Source: Planctomycetota bacterium
GTDB taxonomy: Bacteria; Planctomycetota; B15-G4; JADJEK01
Length of the DNA stretch: 64,000 nucleotides
Assembly: GCA_044225365.1 (NCBI GenBank)
Contig: JBGAIQ010000008.1
Coordinates: 1-64,000 of the forward strand
Reading direction: 5' to 3'
Part shown: piece by piece, positions 1-9,989 of the stretch
How the letters are laid out: every line of letters starts with the position of its first letter
How positions within the stretch are numbered: the first letter of the stretch is position 1
Notes under the pieces: model-generated
What the model was told of the DNA's origin: nothing
Databases searched by the model: none
The model's input: only the letters and a program-made list of their open reading frames with translations
Made by a program: the position numbers and the translations under genes

Positions 1-2126
1 ATCACGGTGAACGTCTGCCACGCCGGACCGTTCTGAGCGAACGTGGGGAACGAGTCGCCCTGGAACGGATACTGCGTCTGCGGAACGAGCGCGATGCGGG
101 CGAGCGGATCGGTGTTTGGCGGACAACCGGCCCAGGCCGACCACACTTCGTCACCTTCCATCACGAACGCCGGCTTGAGCAGCTTCTGCTGGTTGTAGAC
201 GATGTCGACCGGCGGGAGGCCGACCGGCAAGCGCAGCGGAGGCGGGTTGGGGACCGGCGGGTCCGCGATCGAGTTACCGAGCAACGCCGGGCTACCACCG
301 AGTCGCGCAATCGTCTCGAGCGAGACGTGCAGGCCCGTGAAGTAGGAACTCGCGTTGTTGGTGTCGTAGTACAGCTTGTCGAGGAAGTCGCCGACCGCGA
401 TGTCGCCGACCGAGCCGACGAGCGGCGTGCCGGTCAGGCGGGTGCTTCCGTCCGAAGTGCGGGCAATCGTCTCGAAGCCGGCGGGATAGATCCCGTTCGG
501 ATTCGTTCCGCCGCCGACGCCGACATTCGCGGTCGAGCCCGTCGAACCTTCGTTGACACCGGGGACCGGCGTCGGACCACCGAGCGTGCCCACCGGATTC
601 CCGGCGAGGCCGATCGGCGCGACACCCGAGGGGTCACCGAACGTGTTCGGATTGCATCCGTACGAAGTCGGACCCGGAATCGTGATTCCGAACGAACAAG
701 CGCACATCTGCTGGTTGTTCGTCATCACGAGGATGCGGCTCGTCGCGGCGCTGTTCGTCTCGTAGCCGTTGCCGTCGAGATTGATCAGACCGATACCCGT
801 GCCGGCGACCGGCGCGTAGTAGAGCACGCTCGGAGAGACCGGGACGTTGACGAACGCACGGCCCTTGTCCGTGTGGAACGCCTTCGACGCATTCGCCGAC
901 GCATCCGCGAACTGATTGTTGTAGAGCGAGGTGACTGCCGAACTCACCGTGCCAACCGCGGTCGGATTCGAGTTGTTGGCGAGTGCGAGAGCGCGCAGGG
1001 TCACATCGACCTTCGCCGGCACTTCGATCAACGGGTTGACCACGTACTCGGAGAGGTTGTTCGGATTGATCGGCCGAACGTTGTACGGAACGCGGAAATT
1101 CGTGGCGCCGGTCGGCGACGCACGCAGTTCGAAGTTCGGGTAGATCGGAACCGTGAGTGCCGTGAGGTCGAAGTTCGGCACCGGTGCAGTGTTGCCCAGG
1201 AAGAAGATCGGGAACGGCGGGTTATCGGCATTGAACGCCTTCACCCAATCCGCATTGAAACCGACCGACAGGGGAACGACGGGCTCCGAGTACCGGACCA
1301 CGTAGGTGGACGAGGACTCGACGACCTGGTTGCCGTTCACGAACTTGACCGGCTTCACCGGCAACTGCGGCTCGAACGCCGTAATCGTGAGCGGGGTCTG
1401 CGGAGTGATCGGGAGACCGGTTCCACCGCCGATCTTGACGACCCAGAACCCATTCACCGTCACGCCACCGATCTCGGCGAGGCGGATGCGGATCTCCTTG
1501 ATGTTGCTCGTCTGCTCGTTGCCGAGCACCGGGCCGAACGCGGAGATCGTCGCGAGATCGCCATCCCCGTTGTCGGCGACGTAGGTCAGGATGTTGTCGC
1601 CGATCAGCAGGTTCTTGCCCTGGGTGTCGAGCCACAGGGGGAACTGCGGATGACCGCCGAGGTTCGTCCCGTCGACCGCCTTGCCATTCACCACCGCGAT
1701 GCCGGGCACGTGCGCGCCGGTGTCGTCGGTGATCGTCAGCTTCGGCGTCAGGAACGACGTCGGCTGCAGGCTCGGCTTGTTCTTCAGGATCGTCGTCACG
1801 AGTTTCTTCGTGAGCTTCATCGGGAACTTGATGCGGATGAACTGATTCGCACCGTTCGCGGTCTGCGGAATCGTTGGGATCGGCGTGTTCAACAGGAACG
1901 TGGTTCCCGTCGAAGTGAACCGATACAAGGCGTTCGCCTGGTTCTCCGTCAGCGAGAATACAGCGCCCTGATTCGGTCCGATCGAGGCCGCGATCTCGAT
2001 GATCGGGTCCTTCTTACTACCACCGGGTACATCGGCGAAGCCGTACTTGCCGCCCGCGAGCGCGCTAGTCGCACCGAGGGCCGCGAGACCGGCCGTAAGC
2101 CATGCTGTCCGAGCTACATTGCTCAT
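1..2126 (-). CDS. Large secreted/surface protein (signal peptide; beta-rich, Pro/Gly/Asn/Thr-rich); 3' end runs off the window
   Basis: Not in the ORF track because it has no stop in the window. Read by hand: ATG at 2126 with GGAG RBS, MSNVARTAWLTAGLAALGATSALA signal peptide, open to position 1, GC3-rich codons. The + strand ORF 327..2234 is its antisense shadow. Confidence 0.85.
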   Translation of the reverse strand, partial: MSNVARTAWLTAGLAALGATSALAGGKYGFADVPGGSKKDPIIEIAASIGPNQGAVFSLTENQANALYRFTSTGTTFLLNTPIPTIPQTANGANQFIRIKFPMKLTKKLVTTILKNKPSLQPTSFLTPKLTITDDTGAHVPGIAVVNGKAVDGTNLGGHPQFPLWLDTQGKNLLIGDNILTYVADNGDGDLATISAFGPVLGNEQTSNIKEIRIRLAEIGGVTVNGFWVVKIGGGTGLPITPQTPLTITAFEPQLPVKPVKFVNGNQVVESSSTYVVRYSEPVVPLSVGFNADWVKAFNADNPPFPIFFLGNTAPVPNFDLTALTVPIYPNFELRASPTGATNFRVPYNVRPINPNNLSEYVVNPLIEVPAKVDVTLRALALANNSNPTAVGTVSSAVTSLYNNQFADASANASKAFHTDKGRAFVNVPVSPSVLYYAPVAGTGIGLINLDGNGYETNSAATSRILVMTNNQQMCACSFGITIPGPTSYGCNPNTFGDPSGVAPIGLAGNPVGTLGGPTPVPGVNEGSTGSTANVGVGGGTNPNGIYPAGFETIARTSDGSTRLTGTPLVGSVGDIAVGDFLDKLYYDTNNASSYFTGLHVSLETIARLGGSPALLGNSIADPPVPNPPPLRLPVGLPPVDIVYNQQKLLKPAFVMEGDEVWSAWAGCPPNTDPLARIALVPQTQYPFQGDSFPTFAQNGPAWQTFTV

Positions 2127-2233
2127 GTCGTCTCCGAGAGTCATGCGAGGTTGCGTTCCGTCACCGCTGCGATATCTCGCCGCCAAAGCGAGCACTGCCC
2201 GGTGGGTGGATCGGAACGCGGCAGCACTTTATG

Positions 2234-2249
2234 AGCACGCCCCGTACCA
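2234..2249 (-). promoter_or_regulatory. Candidate sigma-54 (-24/-12) promoter for the large secreted protein
   Basis: Minus strand TGGTACGGGGCGTGCT has GG-N10-GC spacing and resembles TGGCACG-N4-TTGC, about 110 nt upstream of the ATG. Confidence 0.45.
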
Positions 2250-2429
2250 TGCCACAACTTTTTTCGGACCCTATCACTTCAAGACTTAGGGCCGTGGTGC
2301 AGAATTCGGGCCGTGCGCCATTGCACACTTTTCGTCCCTTGGTGCTCGATCGCACGCAGAAGCTGGTCACGGCGCGCCGAGGAACGGTATAACGCTCCGT
2401 TCTAGCGAGACTTCGTGGAGACGTGACGC

Positions 2430-3611
2430 GTGTCGGGTGCCGTCGATCTGAAAATCTTGGCGCACGAGGGACGAGCGCGCAGTGGCGCCTTCGTGGTTCG
2501 CGGCCGCGCCGTGCGCACTCCGGCCTTCATGCCGGTGGGAACGCAAGGTACCGTCAAAGGCCTCGCGCCCAACGATCTGGTCACGACGGGCGCGGAGATC
2601 GTCCTTTCGAACACCTACCACTTGCGATTGCGTCCCGGCCACGAACGAGTCCGCCAGCTTGGGGGTCTGCATCGATTCATGGGGTGGGACGGAGCGATCC
2701 TCACGGACTCCGGCGGGTACCAGATCTTCTCCCTGTCGCAACGCGTGAAGATCGACGATCACGCCGCGGTCTTCCAGTCCCACCTCGACGGCGAGCGCAT
2801 CGAACTCTCGCCCGAGGAAGTGATCCGCATCCAGGACGCTCTCGATCCCGACATCGCGATGGTGCTCGATCACCCCCTCGCACTCCCGGCGCGACCCGAA
2901 CAGGTCGCCGACGCGAGTCGACGGACGCTCGCCTGGGCCGAGCGCTCGATCGAATATCATCGCAAGAACGTGCGGAGCGGGCAGGCCTTGTTCGGGATCG
3001 TGCAGGGAGCACTCGACCTCGAGGCGCGCAGCGCTCAGGTGAGCGCGATCACCACGCTCGGATTCGACGGCTACGCGCTCGGCGGACTCGCGGTCGGCGA
3101 GAGCAAGGAAGAGATGAACACCGTCTTCGAGGAGATCCTGCCGCGATTGCCGGCCGCGACTCCCCGCTACGTCATGGGCGTCGGACATCCGGAGGACATC
3201 CTCGCCGCGATCGCGTCGGGCGCCGACATGTTCGATTGCGTCCTGCCGACGCGAAACGCCCGCACCGGGCAGGCCTTCACGTCGCGGGGCATCGTGCGGC
3301 TGCGCAATCGACGCTGGCGCGACTCGACCGAGGCGCTCGACCCTCGATGTACCTGCGACACCTGTCGCCGCTTCTGCCTCGGGTATCTCGCGCACCTCTA
3401 TCATGCACAGGAGATGTTGGGCCCGATCCTCGTGACGCGCCACAACATCCACTTCTATCAATCGCTCGTCCGCTCTGCCGGAGAGGCGATCGGTCGCCAT
3501 GAGTTCGCAACGTTCCGCCGTGATTTCCTCGCGGCCTATCGCGCGAGTTCCGACCCGAGCGACGATTCGGCACTCGAGTCACCGGACGACTCCCCCTCCC
3601 GAACGTCCTGA
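2430..3611 (+). CDS. tgt: tRNA-guanine transglycosylase (queuine tRNA-ribosyltransferase)
   Basis: TPAFMPVGT, NTYHL, LTDSGGYQ, GIVQG, DMFDCVLPTRNAR, and a CTCDTC...H zinc site. Confidence 0.97.
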   Translation: MSGAVDLKILAHEGRARSGAFVVRGRAVRTPAFMPVGTQGTVKGLAPNDLVTTGAEIVLSNTYHLRLRPGHERVRQLGGLHRFMGWDGAILTDSGGYQIFSLSQRVKIDDHAAVFQSHLDGERIELSPEEVIRIQDALDPDIAMVLDHPLALPARPEQVADASRRTLAWAERSIEYHRKNVRSGQALFGIVQGALDLEARSAQVSAITTLGFDGYALGGLAVGESKEEMNTVFEEILPRLPAATPRYVMGVGHPEDILAAIASGADMFDCVLPTRNARTGQAFTSRGIVRLRNRRWRDSTEALDPRCTCDTCRRFCLGYLAHLYHAQEMLGPILVTRHNIHFYQSLVRSAGEAIGRHEFATFRRDFLAAYRASSDPSDDSALESPDDSPSRTS

Positions 3612-3630
3612 CGCAGGACACTCCAGGCCG

Positions 3631-4434
3631 ATGACCTGCACACTCGCCCCTCCCTCGCGCCCGGCCCGTTCTCGCCAGCGCGGCGGCGTGGTGCGGCGAG
3701 TCCTCATCGCGATGGCTCTCGCGCTCGCGATCGCCGGCGCCGCCGGCTACGCCGCGTGGTGGCCGACGTCGAACTGGTTCGGGCCCGTCGTGAGCCGCGT
3801 TCCTCGCGCGCCGGCCGCCAAGAGCGGCCCGCGAATCGCGCTCACCTTCGACGATGGTCCCGATCCCGACGTGACGCCCCGCATCCTCCTCGCACTCGCG
3901 GCGCGCGGCGCGCACGCGACGTTCTTCCTGTGTGGCGAACGCGTCGCGTCGCACCCCGAGTTGGTCGCTTCGATCCTCCGCGGTGGCCACGAACTCGGCA
4001 ATCACTCGTGGATGCACACCGCACTCCTCACGCTCTCGCGCGCTGCGATCCGCGAGGATCTCGAAGCGACGAGCGATGCCATCGAGGCGGCCTGCGGGGT
4101 GCGCCCTCACTACTTTCGGCCGCCCTACGGCCTGCGCGATCCGCGCGTTCTTTCGGTCGGGAACGAACTCCATCTCGTGCCGGTCCTATGGTCGGTTTCG
4201 CCTCGCGACTGGCAGGAGCCGGGCGCGGAGACGATCGTCAGGCGGGCTCTCGACGATGCGTTCGACGGCGCCATCGTGCTGCTCCACGACGGGGATGCCG
4301 TGGCACGACGCGGTCGCGCGCAGACCGCCGAAGCGCTACCGTTGATCCTCGACGGCCTCGCGGCGCGTGGCCTTCGAGCCGTCACCCTCACTGAGTTGAT
4401 CGCGACGGGAGCCACCGATGCCGCAACGCGGTGA
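3631..4434 (+). CDS. Polysaccharide deacetylase (NodB/CE4) with N-terminal membrane anchor
   Basis: ALTFDDGP, HELGNHSWMH, FRPPYG, IVLLHDG motifs. Confidence 0.92.
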   Translation: MTCTLAPPSRPARSRQRGGVVRRVLIAMALALAIAGAAGYAAWWPTSNWFGPVVSRVPRAPAAKSGPRIALTFDDGPDPDVTPRILLALAARGAHATFFLCGERVASHPELVASILRGGHELGNHSWMHTALLTLSRAAIREDLEATSDAIEAACGVRPHYFRPPYGLRDPRVLSVGNELHLVPVLWSVSPRDWQEPGAETIVRRALDDAFDGAIVLLHDGDAVARRGRAQTAEALPLILDGLAARGLRAVTLTELIATGATDAATR

Positions 4435-5629
4435 GGACGACGAGACGATGCCCCACGCGCCGCGGCAGGGCTCGGATCCTCCCGAACGCACCACGCGGCC
4501 CCGGGTGTTGCTCACACACCTCGCGATCGGTGGCGGTCATGCCCGTGCCGCGGCCGCGGCGAAGCTCGCCCTCGAGACGATCGCGCCCGAGGCCGAGATC
4601 GCCGACCTCGACATCGCCGAAGTGGCGACCCCGCTGTTCACGGCCATCTACCACGACGGTTATCTCGGCCTCGTCAAGAGTCTGCCCCGGCTGTGGGGCG
4701 CGCTCTACGCGGCCGGTTGGCGCGCTCAACGGGGTTCGGCGATGCCGAAGTGGCTGAAGCCCCGCTGCGTCGGGCGTCTCGCCGCGGTCGTCTCGTCGTT
4801 CGCGCCGGATGTGATCCTCGCGACGGCGGCGCCGGCCTCGGCGCTGCTCGCTCATCTGAAAGAGACGGGGATCACGAACGCGCGCCTCGCGGCGCTGATC
4901 ACCGACTACCACGCGCATCCGACCCACGTGCAGAGCGCCGTCGATCGCTTCCTCGTCGCGGATACGCGAGTCGCCGCGGGCTTGCGCAAGCTCGGAGCGA
5001 GCCGCGAGAAGATCCTCGTGACCGGGATCCCGGTCGAGGACGAATTCACTCGTCCCCTCGACGCGGCCCGCATGCGCCGGCGCCTCGGGCTCGAGACGAA
5101 TCGACCGGTCGTACTCGTGATGGGCGGCGCACTCGGCTCGGGGCACATGCTGCGAGTCGTTCGCGAACTGCAACTCGTCGAACCGCGTCCGCAACTCGTC
5201 GTGATCGCCGGTCGCAATCGCAAGCTCGAGGAGAGTCTGCATCAGCATCGACAGCGCAGCCCGTATCCCTTCGAGATCTACGGGTACACGTCCCTCGTCC
5301 CCGAGTTGATGGCCGCCGCCGACATCCTCGTCACCAAACCGGGAGGCGTTTCGACGACCGAGGCGCTCGTCCGCCACCTGCCCATGGTGTTCGTCGACGC
5401 GATCCACGGAGCCGAATCCCGCAATCGCGACTTCTTCGAGCGCGAGGGTTGTGCGCTCAGCGTCGATACGCCGGAGAAACTGCAACCGGTCGTCCGCTCG
5501 CTGCTACTCCACGATTCACGCCGAATCGAGATGCGAGTCGCCGCGGCGAAGCTCGCGCGACCGAACGCCGCGCACGACGTCGCGACCGCCGTCCTCGAAC
5601 TCGCTGCCGCGTCGACGAACGACGCATGA
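4418..5629 (+). CDS. MGDG synthase/UgtP-like GT28 glycosyltransferase
   Basis: GGGHARAA, ITDYHAH, TGIPV, MGGALG, LMAAADILVTKPGG motifs. Confidence 0.9.
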   Translation: MPQRGEDDETMPHAPRQGSDPPERTTRPRVLLTHLAIGGGHARAAAAAKLALETIAPEAEIADLDIAEVATPLFTAIYHDGYLGLVKSLPRLWGALYAAGWRAQRGSAMPKWLKPRCVGRLAAVVSSFAPDVILATAAPASALLAHLKETGITNARLAALITDYHAHPTHVQSAVDRFLVADTRVAAGLRKLGASREKILVTGIPVEDEFTRPLDAARMRRRLGLETNRPVVLVMGGALGSGHMLRVVRELQLVEPRPQLVVIAGRNRKLEESLHQHRQRSPYPFEIYGYTSLVPELMAAADILVTKPGGVSTTEALVRHLPMVFVDAIHGAESRNRDFFEREGCALSVDTPEKLQPVVRSLLLHDSRRIEMRVAAAKLARPNAAHDVATAVLELAAASTNDA

Positions 5630-5632
5630 GGC

Positions 5633-6877
5633 TCAGTGCCGCAGGATCGTGAGGCGACTCGCCTCGATGACCGGCGTCGGGCCACCCTCGACGTAGCGAC
5701 CCTGGATCTCGATCTGCCAACCGACGAAATCGTCGAGTCGATAGCGACCGCTCTCACAGCGTACGTAGGCACTCGTGATGGCGCCCTTCTCCAGCGCGTA
5801 ACTGGCGCCCTTCCCATCGCCTCTCTTGCGCAGGAAGCCCGAGATCTGCGCCATGTCACCCACCGCGACCCGCGGTCCGACTTGGTTCTTCGCCTCCTCG
5901 ACGGATCGGCGCTGCGCTTCCTGTAGCCGCTGCTTCTCCGCGGCGAGTTCGTTCTTCAATCGTTCGGATTCGCGGGCGATCTCGCGCGTCTGCGCCGCGC
6001 GCCGCTCATCGGATTCGACATCGGCCAGCAGGCCGGCCGCGGTATCTCGCGTCTCACCGCTTCCGGCCTCCTCCAGGACGCTCGCGAGGTCGGCGCGGAT
6101 CGCCGCGAAGTTTGCGTCGGCGCCCTTGTCGCGTTCCTGCTTGAGCGCCGCTTCGATGCCCTTCAACTTGCCCGCGAGCTGGCGCTCCTGCGATCGCTTC
6201 GCCGCCGCTTCCTTGGCACCCACCGAGTGAGCCGTCCAATCGGCGTGTCGCCGCTCGCGAGCCCGCGTCACCTCCGCACGGAAAGCGGGGTCGGTGAGGT
6301 CACCGCCGAGATCGAGATCCGAATCGGAGATCCAGATCGGCACATCGGGGGCAACGACTTCGAGCCACGCGTCGTCCTTGTCGGCGGGACCGATCACCCA
6401 CAGCGTCGTGCTGCTCGGGAGACTGCAGATCGGATAGTCGTTCTCGGTCGACGGCCGCGATCGGAGGTTGACCGAGGCGCCCTTGATGACTCCCGTTCCG
6501 TCTTCGTTCAGCGCAACGTACTCCCGCTTCACGTAGGCGTGGAAACCGTCCGGCACGAGGACCGCGATGAACTCCTTGCGACTGTCGACCGCGAGCAGTG
6601 GCTCGCCTCCCGCGAGATGCTTCATCACCGGGTACGCGGGATCGGGCCCCGAGCGCAGATCGGCGCCGCCGGATCGCGCGCGGCCGGTGAATTGGACCTC
6701 GTGACCCGCCGTCCATCGCAACGGATCCTGCTCGCCACCCTTCAAGCTCGTCGTGTCGTCGAGCGTGGCGGGCGATTGGGCCGCGGCGATTCCGCAGAAC
6801 GCGAAGAACGAGAGCGACAACGCCCACGTCGTGCGAGTCGACGCTAGGCGGGAGAACACGATCGGTTCGGGTTTCAT
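5633..6877 (-). CDS. Secreted protein with tandem SH3b-like domains and a coiled coil
   Basis: Signal peptide; LRSGPDPAYPV and VNLRSRPS SH3b-like motifs; helical C-terminal half. Confidence 0.75.
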   Translation of the reverse strand: MKPEPIVFSRLASTRTTWALSLSFFAFCGIAAAQSPATLDDTTSLKGGEQDPLRWTAGHEVQFTGRARSGGADLRSGPDPAYPVMKHLAGGEPLLAVDSRKEFIAVLVPDGFHAYVKREYVALNEDGTGVIKGASVNLRSRPSTENDYPICSLPSSTTLWVIGPADKDDAWLEVVAPDVPIWISDSDLDLGGDLTDPAFRAEVTRARERRHADWTAHSVGAKEAAAKRSQERQLAGKLKGIEAALKQERDKGADANFAAIRADLASVLEEAGSGETRDTAAGLLADVESDERRAAQTREIARESERLKNELAAEKQRLQEAQRRSVEEAKNQVGPRVAVGDMAQISGFLRKRGDGKGASYALEKGAITSAYVRCESGRYRLDDFVGWQIEIQGRYVEGGPTPVIEASRLTILRH

Positions 6878-6947
6878 GGCACGCAGGATAGCGAAAACCG
6901 CGGTAATCCAGCGCTTCGCAGCGGTAGTTCCGCCGAGCTACACGCCC

Positions 6948-8165
6948 TCAGGCGCCGGAGGATGTCCCGCGCGGCGGCGTGCCCTCGGGAGGCCAGGGCG
7001 GCAGTTCGCGCAGCAGGATGTCGAGTGCCTGACGATACGGGAGATTCCGTTGTTCGGCGATCTTCGCCACGTCGTCGTACTCGGGGGCCGCACGGCGGAC
7101 CGATCCCATTCCACGCGCGAACTTCACTCCGACGGGACCGAGCGACGTCTCGATCGTCGCGGTCACGCGTTCGAGTTTGTTGCGACTGACCGGGAACCTG
7201 CGAACCCCGAGCGTGGCGGTCTCGGCGAAGATCAGACGTTCGATCGAATCGGCCCGTGCCTGGTCGACGAGGGCGCAGAACATCAAACCGGGCCGCGATT
7301 TCTTCATCTGGATCGGAGTCGCCCAGGCATCGAGAGCCCCCGCTCGCAGCGAGCGCTCGATCAAGAAACCGATGATCTGGGCGGAGACATCGTCGAGATT
7401 CGTCTCGAGGATCCACAACTCCTCGCGAGCGTCGGCGATATCGCCGAGGACGATCCGCAGCGCGTTCGGCGGACCCTCGGGCCGCTCCCGGGTGCCGAAC
7501 CCGTACCCGATCGCGGACGGCGCGAACGAGAATCCCGAGCCGATCCGTTTGCTGAGGGTTCTCACGAGCGCGGCGCCCGTCGGCGTGACGAGTTCGCCTT
7601 CGATGTCCGACATCACGATCTGCGCGCCCTTCAGGATCTCGAGCGAGGCCGGCACCGGCACCGGCATCTTCCCATGCGCGCAGTTCTGGAAGCCGCGCCC
7701 CATCGTGATCGGTGAGGCATGGACTTCGTCGATGCCGAGGCAGCGCAGCCCCACCACGCTGCCCGTGATGTCGACGATCGCGTCGAGCGCTCCGACTTCG
7801 TGGAAGTGGACTTCTTCGATCCCACAGCCGTGGACCTTGGCCTCCGCCTCCGCGAGCCGGGTGAAGACCGCGATCGCGCGTTCCTTGTCGATGGGGTCGA
7901 GGGCCGAGCCTCCGAGGATCGCCTTGATGTCGGACAATCCGCGATGCGGTTGCTTCTCGGACTCATCGAGGACGACGTCGACCTTGACGCCTTCGACGGA
8001 GTCCCGCCAGATGCGCCGCGCTTCGATCCGAAAGCCCGGCAAGCCGAGCTTTGCGAGTTCGGAGCGCAACCGCTCGAGGTCGAGCCCGGCGTGCACGAGA
8101 GCGCCCAGGAACATGTCGCCGGAGATCCCGGAGAAACAATCGAGGTATGCAACGCGAATCGGCAT
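6948..8165 (-). CDS. larC: Nickel pincer cofactor biosynthesis protein LarC
   Basis: YLDCFSGISGDMFLGAL, VHFHEVGALDAIVD, CAHG.MPVPVPA, ELVTPTGAA, ETNLDD, MKKSRPG, PEYDD. Confidence 0.95.
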   Translation of the reverse strand: MPIRVAYLDCFSGISGDMFLGALVHAGLDLERLRSELAKLGLPGFRIEARRIWRDSVEGVKVDVVLDESEKQPHRGLSDIKAILGGSALDPIDKERAIAVFTRLAEAEAKVHGCGIEEVHFHEVGALDAIVDITGSVVGLRCLGIDEVHASPITMGRGFQNCAHGKMPVPVPASLEILKGAQIVMSDIEGELVTPTGAALVRTLSKRIGSGFSFAPSAIGYGFGTRERPEGPPNALRIVLGDIADAREELWILETNLDDVSAQIIGFLIERSLRAGALDAWATPIQMKKSRPGLMFCALVDQARADSIERLIFAETATLGVRRFPVSRNKLERVTATIETSLGPVGVKFARGMGSVRRAAPEYDDVAKIAEQRNLPYRQALDILLRELPPWPPEGTPPRGTSSGA

Positions 8166-8305
8166 CGAAGTCCTTGCCCGGAAGTTGCCGAAAACAGGAG
8201 AGAGCGTATCAACCCTTTGTGTGTGCCGACACTCGCTGGTGAATTCGGGAGTGGCTGCTCCTACCATGCGGTTTCTCGTGCGGTTTCACGGGCCTGGAGT
8301 TCTCG

Positions 8306-9985
8306 ATGCGGTCGCAGATAGTCCTCGCGTGCGGTTTCGTCCTCGGCGCCCTATTCACCGGTTTCATGGGCAAGCCCGCGCTCGCCCAGACGAGCGGCAA
8401 CGACGACGTCACCAAGAAAGTCGTGCCCCTCTACGCGAAGGACCCGGGCAAGGGCCCGCAGCTTCCGTTCGACGAATCGCGCTGGGAATTCTGGTGGTAC
8501 TTCAATCGCGAGCCCCTGATCCGTCTGCGGGAGACGTTGTTCTCCCAGCAGGCAGGCCAGGCCGCGGTCGATCAGCCGTTCCAGAAGTTGAAGCAGGAGG
8601 ATCGGACGAACGACCTCGTTCGCCGACTCGTGTTCGCGCTGAAGGATGCGAACCCCGCCGTGCGCTCGGCGGCCGTGCTCGCGCTTGCCAAGACGCAGGA
8701 ACCCTCGGTGCGCCCGTCGCTCCAATTCGCGCTCGAGGACAAGGAGTTCACCGTCCGCATCGACGCGATCCTCGCGCTCGGAGTGTGCAACAACACGTTC
8801 TTCCTCGGACGACTCGAGGAGATCCTGCGCGACGACAAACAAGAGATGCAGGCTCGATTCCACGCTGCGATCGCGCTCGGCCTCATCGGTGGATCGCAGA
8901 CTTCGGAATCGTTCCGTCAGCTCCTCGCGCCGACGCTCTTCAAGGCGCTGCCGCCCCAGGTCCAGGCGGGACTCGCCTACGCCGTCGGCGTCGCGCGTGA
9001 CCCGGAGAACGTGCAGCTCGTGCGCGGGCTCCTCGACGACAAGGCCGTCGCGGATCCGCACACCCGCGCCTATCTCGCGCTCGCGCTCGGAAAGGCGGGA
9101 ACCGACGCCGATCTTCCACGCGTGTACGAACTCTTGAACGACGGCGACGCGCAGGTGCGGCGCTCGGCCGTCATCGGCCTCGGAGTTCGGCTGCGCAAGC
9201 TCGGCGCGGCGGGCGCTGGCGCCGAAGCGGTCAAGAAGCTGATCCAGGTCGCTCGGACCAACGACGACAACATGACGAGGAACTTCGCGTACATCTCGCT
9301 CGGCTGGCTGGCCGGGCCGGAAGCGCTTCGCTTCCTGCGCGAAGAACTCGGACGCGTGAACAAGTCGCAGCAGTCGTTCGTCGCCCTCGCGATCGGCCTC
9401 GTCGGCGATCCCGAGAGCGTCGGACCGATGATCAAGGCCTTCGAGGCCGAATCCGACCTGTCGACGAAGGCGGCGTTCGCGATCAGCCTCGGTCTCCACC
9501 ACGACGCGAAGGCCGCTCCCGCTCTGCGGCACGCGTTCGAAAGCGCCGGAGAGCCCGTGCTGAAGGGCCACATCGGACTCGCACTCGGGATGGTGCGGGA
9601 CAACGACGCCGTGAAACCGATCCAGGACGCGTTCAAGAACGGCGTCGACATCGAACTGCTGCCGAACCTCGCGAACGCGCTCGGCCTGCTCGGCGCTCGC
9701 CCGGCGGTGACCGATCTCATCAATCGCGCGTTGAAGGAGACGAACGAGTTCGTGAAGCAGTCGCTCCTGTACTCGTGTGGACTCATCGGCGACCGCAACG
9801 CACTCGGTCCCCTCGGCGATCTCGTCGCGGCGGAGAAGGACGTTTCGTACGTTCGCGCCTATGCCGCTGCGGCGCTCGGTCTGCTCGGCGAGGAGCGGCC
9901 GGTGCGCGCGATCGCGATGCTCACGATCGACAGCAACTACACGGTCCGGCAGACGTTCCTCGAGCAGCTCTTCGCGGAGCTCTGA
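8306..9985 (+). CDS. Secreted HEAT-repeat protein
   Basis: Signal peptide, WEFWWYFNREP motif, then many VR.AA..ALG-type helical repeats. Confidence 0.88.
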   Translation: MRSQIVLACGFVLGALFTGFMGKPALAQTSGNDDVTKKVVPLYAKDPGKGPQLPFDESRWEFWWYFNREPLIRLRETLFSQQAGQAAVDQPFQKLKQEDRTNDLVRRLVFALKDANPAVRSAAVLALAKTQEPSVRPSLQFALEDKEFTVRIDAILALGVCNNTFFLGRLEEILRDDKQEMQARFHAAIALGLIGGSQTSESFRQLLAPTLFKALPPQVQAGLAYAVGVARDPENVQLVRGLLDDKAVADPHTRAYLALALGKAGTDADLPRVYELLNDGDAQVRRSAVIGLGVRLRKLGAAGAGAEAVKKLIQVARTNDDNMTRNFAYISLGWLAGPEALRFLREELGRVNKSQQSFVALAIGLVGDPESVGPMIKAFEAESDLSTKAAFAISLGLHHDAKAAPALRHAFESAGEPVLKGHIGLALGMVRDNDAVKPIQDAFKNGVDIELLPNLANALGLLGARPAVTDLINRALKETNEFVKQSLLYSCGLIGDRNALGPLGDLVAAEKDVSYVRAYAAAALGLLGEERPVRAIAMLTIDSNYTVRQTFLEQLFAEL

Positions 9986-9989
9986 GGCA

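Noticed and set aside
327-2234. 635-aa + strand ORF, and similar long ORFs such as 10660..13623, 39739..42816 and 61246..63171
   Set aside because: Arg/Asp/Val-rich antisense shadows of real opposite-strand genes, expected in high-GC DNA
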